From a virus: 64,000 nucleotides of DNA. The notes under the pieces were generated by a model that saw only the letters and a program-made list of their open reading frames with translations, ran no database searches and was not told where the DNA came from. The stretch lies in IMG/VR virus record IMGVR_UViG_3300020477_001012, positions 96,001-160,000 of that record; one strand, 5' to 3'. The position numbers were made by a program, and so were the translations under genes. The stretch's first letter is position 1; each line of letters begins with the position of its first letter. Shown in pieces: positions 48,501 to 56,116 of this stretch.

Positions 48501-51500
48501 ACCAAGATCATTTTGCGTTGTTTTCAATCTCTTTTGAGTATTAACGTATCTATTGTTAGCATCCCTTGAGTCTTTCACAGCCGCTGCTTCTTTCCTGAGT
48601 GCTTTGGCTTTCTCCTCTGCGGCAGCCTTAGTAACGACGGCTTGCTTCTTAGACGCATCGGCACTGTTTTTGGCTGCTAGAATTGCGGCCTTTTCCGTTC
48701 TAACGGCACCTTCCCGATTCTTATTATAGCTCTTCTGTCTCCGCTCTGCGTTCTTCAGTTCGTCTTGCAGTTTTCTAAGTTGTTTCTCCCACCCTGCCGA
48801 TTTAACACCTCCGCTGACACCTTTCTTGGTGTGAATGAAAGCGCCGTCGCCTTTCCTCCTCTTCCTTGTAATTCCTCGGTCTTCTAATTGCTTCCTGTGG
48901 GCGCGTATCTCGGCCTTCTTTCGATTTACCGCCTCGGCTTTTTTACCGCCCGGCTCCCAACCCTTCTCCATTTGCTTTCTGTGTCTTGTTGCGTCGTCAG
49001 CCCCAGCCTGATCTTTCGCTGCTTTGGCTTTTTTCTGTGCTAGACGGGTTTCTTCTGTCGCAGCCACCCCAGTCGCTGCCGCCGCCGTTTTCGTAGCCGC
49101 TCTTTTCCTCTTGTTGGCTTCAGTCCGGTCGCCCTCATCAACAGCGACCTGCTTCTCTAGTCGGTTCCTTTTTTTGTGTAGCCTTCTTTTTTCGTTTCTG
49201 TCTTCTTTCATCTCCTTGCCTTTGTTGGCAAGATCTTTCTCTCCCTTTTGTACCGCTTTCTCCTTGGCAAGCTCAGACACGTTGCGAGCGTCACTGACCT
49301 TTTTCTTCTTCTTCTTGCCCTTCTTTTTAGACTTCTCCGTTTTCTCTTCTTCTTTTTTGGTCTTGGTCTCTTCAGTGGCCGACTCGGAAGTTGCCTTGTC
49401 TGCCTTCTTCTTGTCTTTCTTCTTCTTGGACGAGCTTTTTTTGGTATCTTCTGCCTCAGACGAAGCCTCTGCCTCGGCCTTCTTCTCGGTCTTCTTCTTT
49501 TTCTTCTTCTTCTTGCCCTCGGCCTCCTCCAAGGCTTTTTCTAACTTAGGCTTCTTGTCTTTTTTCTTTTTATCTTTCTTGACATCTTTGGCGGATTTCT
49601 CAAGAGCTTTCCCCCATTCTTTGAGTTTCTTCGTAAGCAGCATACTAGCCTGTATGATAATAGCAAGCTGTATTAGAGACTGAGAAACCCGCTCCGCAGC
49701 AACGGCGGATACGAACTGGGCGTCAGTAGCTTCTTTGCTCTTGTCTCCAAAATTGCTTAATGCCGTGGCCGCGAAGCCAGACATAAGCATCATCTTTTCC
49801 ATACCCCCAAATCCGCCACCACCACCAGCCGCGCCACCCTTGGCAAATTTCTGCACTCCCACTGGGCCGCCCGCAGCAAACCCAGTCACGCCCTTTTTGT
49901 TCATTCGGTTCAGGTTAGCGTAACCGATACTTCGAGCAGATTTTTTATTGACGACAAATTCGCCGGGAGTGAGGAGGGCGGGGACCGTGTCTGAGCCAGA
50001 AATTCCACCGCCAGAGGCTCGCCTTGTACGTCCAAATTCGCCAGCTTTCCTTCTTTTTCCTACTTCTGATTTACTCAGCCCTGTAAGTTTAGCAACTGCG
50101 CTATCGGCCACATCAACTTGCTTGCTCTTGGCGTAAATAGCATTAATCTCGCTACTTTTTGCAGCAAGGGTTTCTTGGCCCTTGAGACTCTTAAACAGTT
50201 TGTATTCTTCTGCTAATAAGTTGGGGTATTTCTTATTAATAACCTCGTCAACATATGATTTATTTAGGGTTCTTTTTGCGTCTATTGGTATACTGGCAAA
50301 CTCAGAAAATTTACCTCTAGCTAGAGATCCTAAACCTGACGGAAAATCAAATGCTGAATTGTTATCTGATTTAGTCTTGGCTCTTTGTCGTGCGTCTTGC
50401 GATCCAGAATCAAAGGGCGCGCCGATCTTAACCAACAGAGCTTCAAATGCATTCCCAATAACCCCTTCAATCCCAAGCTTATCCAAGTCTGTGAGAGATA
50501 AGTCTCGACCGGTAACCTTTCCTTCTCCAGATAGACCCGAAAAATAGGTCTTTAAGCTATCGCCACTGGCATTGATAGCCTGTAGAAACGAATCCTTGAT
50601 TGCCGCTTCAGTTTTGTCTCCAACGGTCTGATCACCAATCGCCATGCCGCGCGAGGTGACAGATAGTGAGCCACGCTTAGCTAGGAGTTGTTGAAATTCT
50701 GGACTAAAACTCCTCTTGGCACTCTGTAATACTTGTGCATTTTCCCTTATTTTCTTAACGCCTTTGGCATCTGCTGAAAATCCAGCTTTACCAGCAACAT
50801 CTTTGAGTGTTACAGAACCCTTGGCTTCCAGAGGTTTGTTTGGGGGGTCTTTGTCATATGGTCGCAGCGCTATAATGCCACCTGCGGCATATTTATTTTG
50901 ATTCATCGCCTGAAGCTGGTCGGCCCCAATCTTCTTCACGCTACTCTTGCGAATAACAAATTCCCCGGGCTGTAGCATAGCCGGGACTGTGTCTCGGTTT
51001 CCAGAACCGGGCACAAAACCACCACGGGCAAAGTGGTGGATTTTACCACCCTGATGTTTTGCCTTGACGCCCCTGAGTGATGCGCCAATTCCAGCAGCAA
51101 AACCGCCAATACCTTGACTGACCTTAACTGCGGCAAATGCACCAAGAAGTGGGATGATGGGCTTGAGGGCATCGGCAACTTTGATCAGGGCAGAAGCAAG
51201 ACCAAGGGCCGTTTTTGCCATCACCTGAAAAGATGTGGACTCAGTAATTCCCCTTACCAAGGCAAGAAATTCTTCTTTAACCTTGACGATCTGAACGGCC
51301 AAAGCCTGTTGGGCCGTGGCAGCGTCTCTTGTTAAAGAGTCCCCACCAGCGATGGCGGCCTGTCGCGCCCTCTCGGCTGTCTCAAATTGCTGCAAGAGGG
51401 GGATGACTTTACCGATTTGCCTAAAGCCACCAAGTTGCTCTGCTATCTGAATAAACTTCAGGTCACCAGCAGGAACGTCAGCAAGAGCTTTACTGAGTCT

Positions 51501-52403
51501 TTTTACGGCCTCGAATGGGCCAACAAATCTACCATTAAGATCTGTAAGAGAAACACCTAACTCCTTTAGGTATTGAATGGTAGCTGGTCTTTGAATACGT
51601 GTAAGAATGGTACGCAAACCAGTAGCAATAGACTCAGAACTTTCACGAGTCGTAGCACGGATGGATGTAAAGAGACCTAGAAATTCTTCGAGGCTACCAC
51701 CAGCAGCTTTAAAGACACCACCAGTACGGCGAATAGCACCAATAAGGTCACCAGACTCAACGGCAAACTGGCCTGCCACAGCATTGATGGCACCCAGTTG
51801 TCTCTCTAATTCTCCCACGCCCTTTCCAAACTGGGCGAGAATAGCAACAGCACCTTCTGCTGTCTTGTTTATATCCTCAAAGGTGGGGGCCAAGGTAGTT
51901 TTAGCTAAAGCTTCTAGCGCAACCTTCAAGTCACCAGCCTGAATACCAGCCTGAGCCAAGATTCTAGTGACAGCCACCAAGTCTGTAGAAGATGTACCTA
52001 GAGTGACAGACAAACGAGAAATTTCATCACTAAGGCCCTTAAGCTCTTTAGTGGTCTTGCCCGTCACTTGGGCAATTTTGATGATTTCCCGTTGAAAATC
52101 TATAGACTCTTGGACGGCACCAGCTAAGCTATTGGTAAACAGGCTAACTGCCCTAGAAGCAATCGTAAAGGCAGCAAATCGCTTGAGGGCGACCCCAAAC
52201 GTTTTGCCCATATTGTGTGCAGCACTTGTGGCTTGATTTGTAGCCGCAGTAATCTGCTTGATCTGCCTTTGAGCCTGTGTAGCACCTTTAACATTTACAT
52301 TTACAGACACACCAGATAATTGGCTTTTTATCTGGTTTACAACCTGTTGAGTATTCTTAGGCGCTTGTAGCTTAAGTTGTGCAGTCAGTACAAATTTAGA
52401 CAT
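45501..52403 (-). CDS. Tail tape measure protein (TP901-type N-terminal domain), 2300 aa
   Basis: Ala/Lys/Gly-rich helical protein; TRESSESIATGLRTILTRI TP901-like core; three DTVPAxLxPGEFV motifs; follows the tail tube and chaperone genes. Confidence 0.9.
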   Translation of the reverse strand: MSKFVLTAQLKLQAPKNTQQVVNQIKSQLSGVSVNVNVKGATQAQRQIKQITAATNQATSAAHNMGKTFGVALKRFAAFTIASRAVSLFTNSLAGAVQESIDFQREIIKIAQVTGKTTKELKGLSDEISRLSVTLGTSSTDLVAVTRILAQAGIQAGDLKVALEALAKTTLAPTFEDINKTAEGAVAILAQFGKGVGELERQLGAINAVAGQFAVESGDLIGAIRRTGGVFKAAGGSLEEFLGLFTSIRATTRESSESIATGLRTILTRIQRPATIQYLKELGVSLTDLNGRFVGPFEAVKRLSKALADVPAGDLKFIQIAEQLGGFRQIGKVIPLLQQFETAERARQAAIAGGDSLTRDAATAQQALAVQIVKVKEEFLALVRGITESTSFQVMAKTALGLASALIKVADALKPIIPLLGAFAAVKVSQGIGGFAAGIGASLRGVKAKHQGGKIHHFARGGFVPGSGNRDTVPAMLQPGEFVIRKSSVKKIGADQLQAMNQNKYAAGGIIALRPYDKDPPNKPLEAKGSVTLKDVAGKAGFSADAKGVKKIRENAQVLQSAKRSFSPEFQQLLAKRGSLSVTSRGMAIGDQTVGDKTEAAIKDSFLQAINASGDSLKTYFSGLSGEGKVTGRDLSLTDLDKLGIEGVIGNAFEALLVKIGAPFDSGSQDARQRAKTKSDNNSAFDFPSGLGSLARGKFSEFASIPIDAKRTLNKSYVDEVINKKYPNLLAEEYKLFKSLKGQETLAAKSSEINAIYAKSKQVDVADSAVAKLTGLSKSEVGKRRKAGEFGRTRRASGGGISGSDTVPALLTPGEFVVNKKSARSIGYANLNRMNKKGVTGFAAGGPVGVQKFAKGGAAGGGGGFGGMEKMMLMSGFAATALSNFGDKSKEATDAQFVSAVAAERVSQSLIQLAIIIQASMLLTKKLKEWGKALEKSAKDVKKDKKKKDKKPKLEKALEEAEGKKKKKKKKTEKKAEAEASSEAEDTKKSSSKKKKDKKKADKATSESATEETKTKKEEEKTEKSKKKGKKKKKKVSDARNVSELAKEKAVQKGEKDLANKGKEMKEDRNEKRRLHKKRNRLEKQVAVDEGDRTEANKRKRAATKTAAAATGVAATEETRLAQKKAKAAKDQAGADDATRHRKQMEKGWEPGGKKAEAVNRKKAEIRAHRKQLEDRGITRKRRKGDGAFIHTKKGVSGGVKSAGWEKQLRKLQDELKNAERRQKSYNKNREGAVRTEKAAILAAKNSADASKKQAVVTKAAAEEKAKALRKEAAAVKDSRDANNRYVNTQKRLKTTQNDLGQANKKLAGSQNNLRTSAKKLAMTRNKEAKHYHPAVKHARAYGRELNRELIAKRKALKGTKGYRYGLKLLSIGFTKGKQKLNGFRKQLKILPKDANKAARALKKMNAQMRKTKGGGMMSRMKGRVGKGMSRGATAIGGAAGLAMSAAMISGQVFGALAEIAGRKAEKAKDKGDVTGAGKAGQERAMNEAFSEMFTMQGIIRALTTDPKELRDQIHQQVVTQAATDATEAAVGKQSKFIEEAKTGKTVEGRASEFVGAGGVKVEKLGESVLRSSTEAMGFINRMDEGQAKTEKLNALKKQELEAAAIMGKNATSINQLTKFFDEFGGATAAGAEAQKAAAVAAFKMKAAMEAVAKANFDNLKVMSVFAASSNAVNNFLSSLETGSLALESTIATIETAQANMGMGEEGERALNDAREQVLASVGGGENSSVGQAVNRSFDRAQGVNQFMGSLQKRISGLDINQSSEAAAKSSLETSLLAGVTDKATQEAIMGAVQSLGDIRGRDASSLIEEIKSGLDPLRKTALESAKAVLEHQKTIVALTKARRASELAYIEAQKKAIDVQLQAAKIFEDFGGDKLSSEQKEQARVAQFNLVAQDAGIKTLRNASAGELARAREEVAAKTDVQMARKASGGFQGPGGIDEDRTTELAKTNDALMALTRQRIDQIKEEIAIIAKKNAAEKSSFEKLMAGDIEGFIEQQAAAGAAAALRAGDANMASLFSPSALGAGMKSLEGTGMSDAEMQRAAGITLSTMGITDARSAGVMVGRDAETEALRAEGRGLASELGAQAQQMAEIKKMEVAKATVTITNAQVVFDETMQRKVASQTAADRGVGELAGMYRGGVVYANRGIFVPRGTDTVPAMLTPGEFVVNRAAVNRGNNLQILRAMNSSGRQDATAPATAMSAGGPVGYYQFGDLVQKMGSMFGDAMPALGTAVTSFANAIDKLTGFTMGVDINSMPPISVNVVLPKLEPAIRDIVLDAVRDEIPKYKATNNGLKKIAGMGE

Positions 52404-52438
52404 CTTATCTCTCTAAAATTAAGTGACTACACTATCCA

Positions 52439-53302
52439 TTAGCTTTCCGTGGTGCTTGTTTCGGGAGTTTCACTATCTGTTTTTTTTGTCGTTTTCCTAC
52501 GCTTGGGTTTAGGCTTAGGGGTCAGATCGTTTTCGTAATCCACCATAACATAAGAGCCATCGTTGTCTAATGGAAAACCATCAACATCAACACGATTCCC
52601 CTTCTCGTCTAAATAGTGCCCATCTTCATTGATCCTGTTCCCTTTGCGATCAGTCAACTCTCCCTCATCATTAACTAACCCCAAGTCTTCATTAATTAAC
52701 TCAAAATTCTTAAGCCATTTATTCTCCGGCAGATTCTCCTCAAAAGAAGCGTCCAGATTATAAAGGATATCCCCCAGCATAGACGCGGCGGCAAAAGCCA
52801 TATCGTCTGAGCTACGCTGATTATAATCCTCTAAGCTATTATACACCTTTTTTTGAGTATCTTTATAAAAGGTACATGTGGCCACAAAATAATCAAATCT
52901 AGCATTGTCTGCTAAGGATTCTGCCGTGTTTTCCTCTAAGGCCAATCGCTCACCAATAAGCTCTCTCAGCTTGATTCTGAGATCCCTCATTTGCATGGCA
53001 ATGTCCCGCCCCTCAGAGACCTTGGGCTTCTGGCCATCTTTACCCCTGTATAGATCTCTTTCCAAGCTCTGTATATTGTCGGTTATCTCTGTCTCCTTGC
53101 TGCTTTTCTCCTTGTTCCATATGCCGCGATCTTCCATTAATACAGAAAGCTCTTTCTTGGTGATAATACCATCCCTGATACATTCATTCCACCTCTTCGC
53201 CCTGATCATGTCCGCTTGGGCAATGGTCTGGTTATTAGGCTTCACCACATAAATAGTGGTCTTGGTTCCATCCGGCAGTGTAATTTCTCGTTCTTCGTTC
53301 AT
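52439..53302 (-). CDS. Putative tail assembly chaperone
   Basis: Immediately upstream of the tape measure gene; helical and charged; start refined to ATG 53302 (SD AGGAGG). Confidence 0.55.
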   Translation of the reverse strand: MNEEREITLPDGTKTTIYVVKPNNQTIAQADMIRAKRWNECIRDGIITKKELSVLMEDRGIWNKEKSSKETEITDNIQSLERDLYRGKDGQKPKVSEGRDIAMQMRDLRIKLRELIGERLALEENTAESLADNARFDYFVATCTFYKDTQKKVYNSLEDYNQRSSDDMAFAAASMLGDILYNLDASFEENLPENKWLKNFELINEDLGLVNDEGELTDRKGNRINEDGHYLDEKGNRVDVDGFPLDNDGSYVMVDYENDLTPKPKPKRRKTTKKTDSETPETSTTES

Positions 53303-53306
53303 AGTC

Positions 53307-53681
53307 CTAGTCCTCCTGAGATTGATTTTCACATGTCTTAACTGGAATAGTAACAGAATACCTCAACCATTTTACATCATACTGGTTGAGTTCTGCATCG
53401 ACATTGCGTGCCTGTGTATTACCTTTGTCTAAAATTTCCGATCTTACTTTTTGGAACGTGTCGTGCATAATCTTCTGCTCTGGGGTTAACTCTCCCCCGG
53501 ACTGATTAGTCCATAGAAATGAAAAGTGCTCCTCCACAGAACTGAGAGCACCGATCATGGTGGTCTCTACTTTTTTCTTTAATATTTTAGACAATCTATG
53601 CTTGGAATCATGTTTAAACTTGTCCTCTCTTACGCTCTTGTATTCCTTTTGCTGCCTAATCAGCTCATTAAATTCGTCCAT
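53307..53681 (-). CDS. Hypothetical protein (tail assembly region)
   Basis: 124-aa helical ORF with SD AGGAG. Confidence 0.6.
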   Translation of the reverse strand: MDEFNELIRQQKEYKSVREDKFKHDSKHRLSKILKKKVETTMIGALSSVEEHFSFLWTNQSGGELTPEQKIMHDTFQKVRSEILDKGNTQARNVDAELNQYDVKWLRYSVTIPVKTCENQSQED

Positions 53682-53683
53682 AA

Positions 53684-54724
53684 TTATCTCCTAAATTTTC
53701 CCTTAAACTGTTCATTGGATTTTTGAGTCATCTTGCGTTGTTGGTCCTTGAAGTCTAGATCTCTTGCCTGTCCTTTGGACTGTATAACTTCCATTCTTTC
53801 TTTTTTAACCATTTGGGATTGAAAAGTGTTTACCCTGTTGATACTGTTTGCATCATCTTGAGTTTGAGCCATCACAAACACTTCCTCTGAATTAGAAATC
53901 TTCTCGTTGCCCACTCTGTTCTCAAGCTCTGATTCGGCCCTGTCTTTTTCTTGCTTCTTTCTTTGGATAACAAACCAGCCGTCTAGCATGTCATCATCAT
54001 TTATAACATCATCGCTAGGGCAGTCCATTGACTCTTGAATATTGTCGTACATCCTTGACCAAACAATAATATTTTTTTGGTCTATAGACAGGTCTCTGTC
54101 TTGATTGGCAAAAATTGAAAACTTACAAGACTCCCTCATCATCCACAAAGATCGCCACGGGTCGTTACGTGCTAAATTTCTAATGTCTCCTTCATCCAAA
54201 ACCATATTGTTAAACTCGTGCAGTACATTATTGATGTCAATGTCGTCAAAATTGCAAGGCTCAGAACCAACGAACGTACATTGCTTTATGAAAGACAAAG
54301 ATTTTTCTAAACTTGCTAATCCTTCGCAGGTATTTTGCCGATTTCCATGCTTCTTTTCTAGTTGTTCACCAATGGCTTTCTCTGTCACCCTTATGTATTT
54401 TCTAATATGCTCTCTTTTTTCGCTTTGATACCTAGCATTGAAAATCTCCACACGCAGTCGTTCTAGGTTATCCTCTAGTTGTTTAACTTGGTTGTCGTCA
54501 TCCTCTGTCCATAGCTGTCTGGATCTCATCCAGTCAAGCATCTCCTCCTCTGTCATCAATCCCGCTTCGAGCGCCCTTTCATAACTCTCCATGTGAGCGG
54601 CGTTAATAATGAAATCATCTTCAATTGAGGGCGAAACAATTGTAAGAGTAACTCCACTTTGTTTGACCCTATAAACTCCACTGCGTATCCTAGATATAAA
54701 ATACTCCCGCTCATGATTCTTCAT
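53684..54724 (-). CDS. Hypothetical protein (possible tail assembly chaperone)
   Basis: 346-aa charged helical ORF between the tail tube and tape measure genes; N-half (MTEEEMLDWMRSRQLW) resembles the 52439-53302 protein (ITKKELSVLMEDRGIW). Confidence 0.6.
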   Translation of the reverse strand: MKNHEREYFISRIRSGVYRVKQSGVTLTIVSPSIEDDFIINAAHMESYERALEAGLMTEEEMLDWMRSRQLWTEDDDNQVKQLEDNLERLRVEIFNARYQSEKREHIRKYIRVTEKAIGEQLEKKHGNRQNTCEGLASLEKSLSFIKQCTFVGSEPCNFDDIDINNVLHEFNNMVLDEGDIRNLARNDPWRSLWMMRESCKFSIFANQDRDLSIDQKNIIVWSRMYDNIQESMDCPSDDVINDDDMLDGWFVIQRKKQEKDRAESELENRVGNEKISNSEEVFVMAQTQDDANSINRVNTFQSQMVKKERMEVIQSKGQARDLDFKDQQRKMTQKSNEQFKGKFRR

Positions 54725-54770
54725 ACAAAAACCTCATGGCGGGAGTATGGTATTTCATATATGTATCCTT

Positions 54771-54870
54771 CCTTTAACGCTACGACATACTTGCCTATCC
54801 TCTCCCCTCTGGGGTATTAGCTATCGCAAGTCGTAACATTGGTTCCTTAGCGGTTAAAGCCCACTAATAC
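54771..54870 (-). ncRNA. Candidate structured cis-regulatory RNA in the intergenic region after the tail tube gene
   Basis: Nested complementary segments CUUUAA(C)CGCUA/UAGCGUUAAAG, ACGAC/GUCGU, CUUGC/GCAAG and CCCC/GGGG, plus a crossing GUAUUAGU/GCUAAUAC pair. Confidence 0.45.
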
Positions 54871-54872
54871 TA

Positions 54873-56063
54873 TTATGTAGCTTGATATATATTCGCTGGG
54901 AACGTGAATTCCCGAGCAGCTCCATTAAGCACTTTTAACTCTTCAAATCCAATATAGCCATTTTCTGTATAGTGTTGAACATCCAACTCATTAAAGTTAG
55001 TGTAGCTGTAAGTGCAGGTTGCGTTTCCACCACCGGCATCGCCTCCACCATAACTGACACTAGCCAGTCGGTTCTTTTGGCCAAGGTCAAAACCATAGCC
55101 CGCTCTGGTGCAGAAGAAGATATTTTCTTCACTCGTGTTGTTTCCAGAATCGGCTGTGGTATCTAAAGCAGAATCACCAAACTCATAGGCGTTTACAAAA
55201 TCGCCAGACGTGGTAATAGCTTCAATTTCACAACTAACTTCAATTGGGAACGTGGCAGGACGCGCATATGGAGTTTTCCGGCCAAGCTCTAAGATATCTT
55301 CACGAGAGAAGTCGGTGCTAACAGAAACGTTCTGGAGGTGAACGCGATTGTTAAGCGTTGTACCGTCAAGGCCATTTGCATAATTTGTTCCAATAACGCC
55401 CTTGATGCTGGCTGGAAGAATAGAACCAGACATTATAACATCTTCACGCTGCTGAATACCACCACTATGGGTAGCAGCCCCATCGCTCGTTCCAGCGGTT
55501 TTAGCTGCGGGAGAATCTGTACCATCAAACGGATCTACCGCTGTAGCAATCATTTTCTGCCCAGTCGTCAACCACACCTTGTTGTTACCAACCAAAGTCA
55601 CGGACTCTGTAGCGTTGCCATCTACCGGCAATGTATAACTAATACTACTGACGTACATGCCAGAGCAGTAAACTTCAGCTTCTGCTGGGTCAGTTCCTGC
55701 GCCAACGTTATTGAAGTTGTCTGGAAAAATGCCAAGGCGAATGTCAGATCGGGCCTTGGACCGTCCCACTAAACCTGAACCAGCGGGCGAGCCATCAAGA
55801 TTACCCCTAGTTGCCATGTGGTAAATCAGTGGATATCCATCTAAAACTTTCTCTAATGTCATCTCGACATCAGGCGTGCCTTCGATATTTTCGTAAATCT
55901 CAATCTGACCAAGCTCAAAAGCCTGTTCCAAGTTGAAATTCGTGTTCATACCCACACTTTGCAGACCATGCACCATGTCCGCAGGCACCACATTCAACCC
56001 ATCACCGTGAGGTTGAATGCCTACGGCCTGTGTTGCATAAAATATTCTATCATTAGTTGACAT
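54873..56063 (-). CDS. Major tail tube protein (internally duplicated)
   Basis: Position before the chaperones and tape measure; own candidate promoter and strong SD AAGGAG; twin motifs LQSVGMNTNFNLEQAFELG and LQNVSVSTDFSREDILELG. Confidence 0.7.
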   Translation of the reverse strand: MSTNDRIFYATQAVGIQPHGDGLNVVPADMVHGLQSVGMNTNFNLEQAFELGQIEIYENIEGTPDVEMTLEKVLDGYPLIYHMATRGNLDGSPAGSGLVGRSKARSDIRLGIFPDNFNNVGAGTDPAEAEVYCSGMYVSSISYTLPVDGNATESVTLVGNNKVWLTTGQKMIATAVDPFDGTDSPAAKTAGTSDGAATHSGGIQQREDVIMSGSILPASIKGVIGTNYANGLDGTTLNNRVHLQNVSVSTDFSREDILELGRKTPYARPATFPIEVSCEIEAITTSGDFVNAYEFGDSALDTTADSGNNTSEENIFFCTRAGYGFDLGQKNRLASVSYGGGDAGGGNATCTYSYTNFNELDVQHYTENGYIGFEELKVLNGAAREFTFPANIYQAT

Positions 56064-56100
56064 TGTTATTCTCTCCTTGGATGGAAATAGTTTCTAGTAA

Positions 56101-56109
56101 ATTATACAC
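56101..56109 (-). promoter_or_regulatory. Candidate late promoter core GTGTATAAT
   Basis: Intergenic TTTTTGTGTATAAT about 38 nt upstream of the tail tube ATG. Confidence 0.55.
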
Positions 56110-56116
56110 AAAAAGC

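Noticed and set aside
49024-49683. 219-aa Phe/Ser-rich + strand ORF that looks like a membrane protein
   Set aside because: It is the antisense shadow of the Lys-rich tape measure segment (AAG/AAA read as CTT/TTT/TTC).
33023-52403. Inteins or introns explaining the very large ORFs
   Set aside because: No Hint N-terminal (C-x-x-x-G/D-T) or C-terminal His-Asn motifs or LAGLIDADG blocks were seen, and the frames are uninterrupted.
53295-53340. Programmed -1 frameshift joining the 124-aa and 287-aa ORFs
   Set aside because: The overlap is in the +1 frame, there is no XXXYYYZ slippery heptamer, and the downstream gene has its own AGGAGG and ATG.
54828-54838. rRNA gene fragment
   Set aside because: Only 11 contiguous nucleotides match SSU rRNA and the flanks do not continue as rRNA; kept only as a speculative antisense motif.
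54860-54880. Stop-codon readthrough of the tail tube gene stimulated by the downstream RNA structure
   Set aside because: The gene ends TAA TAG TAT TAG, with several in-frame stops.
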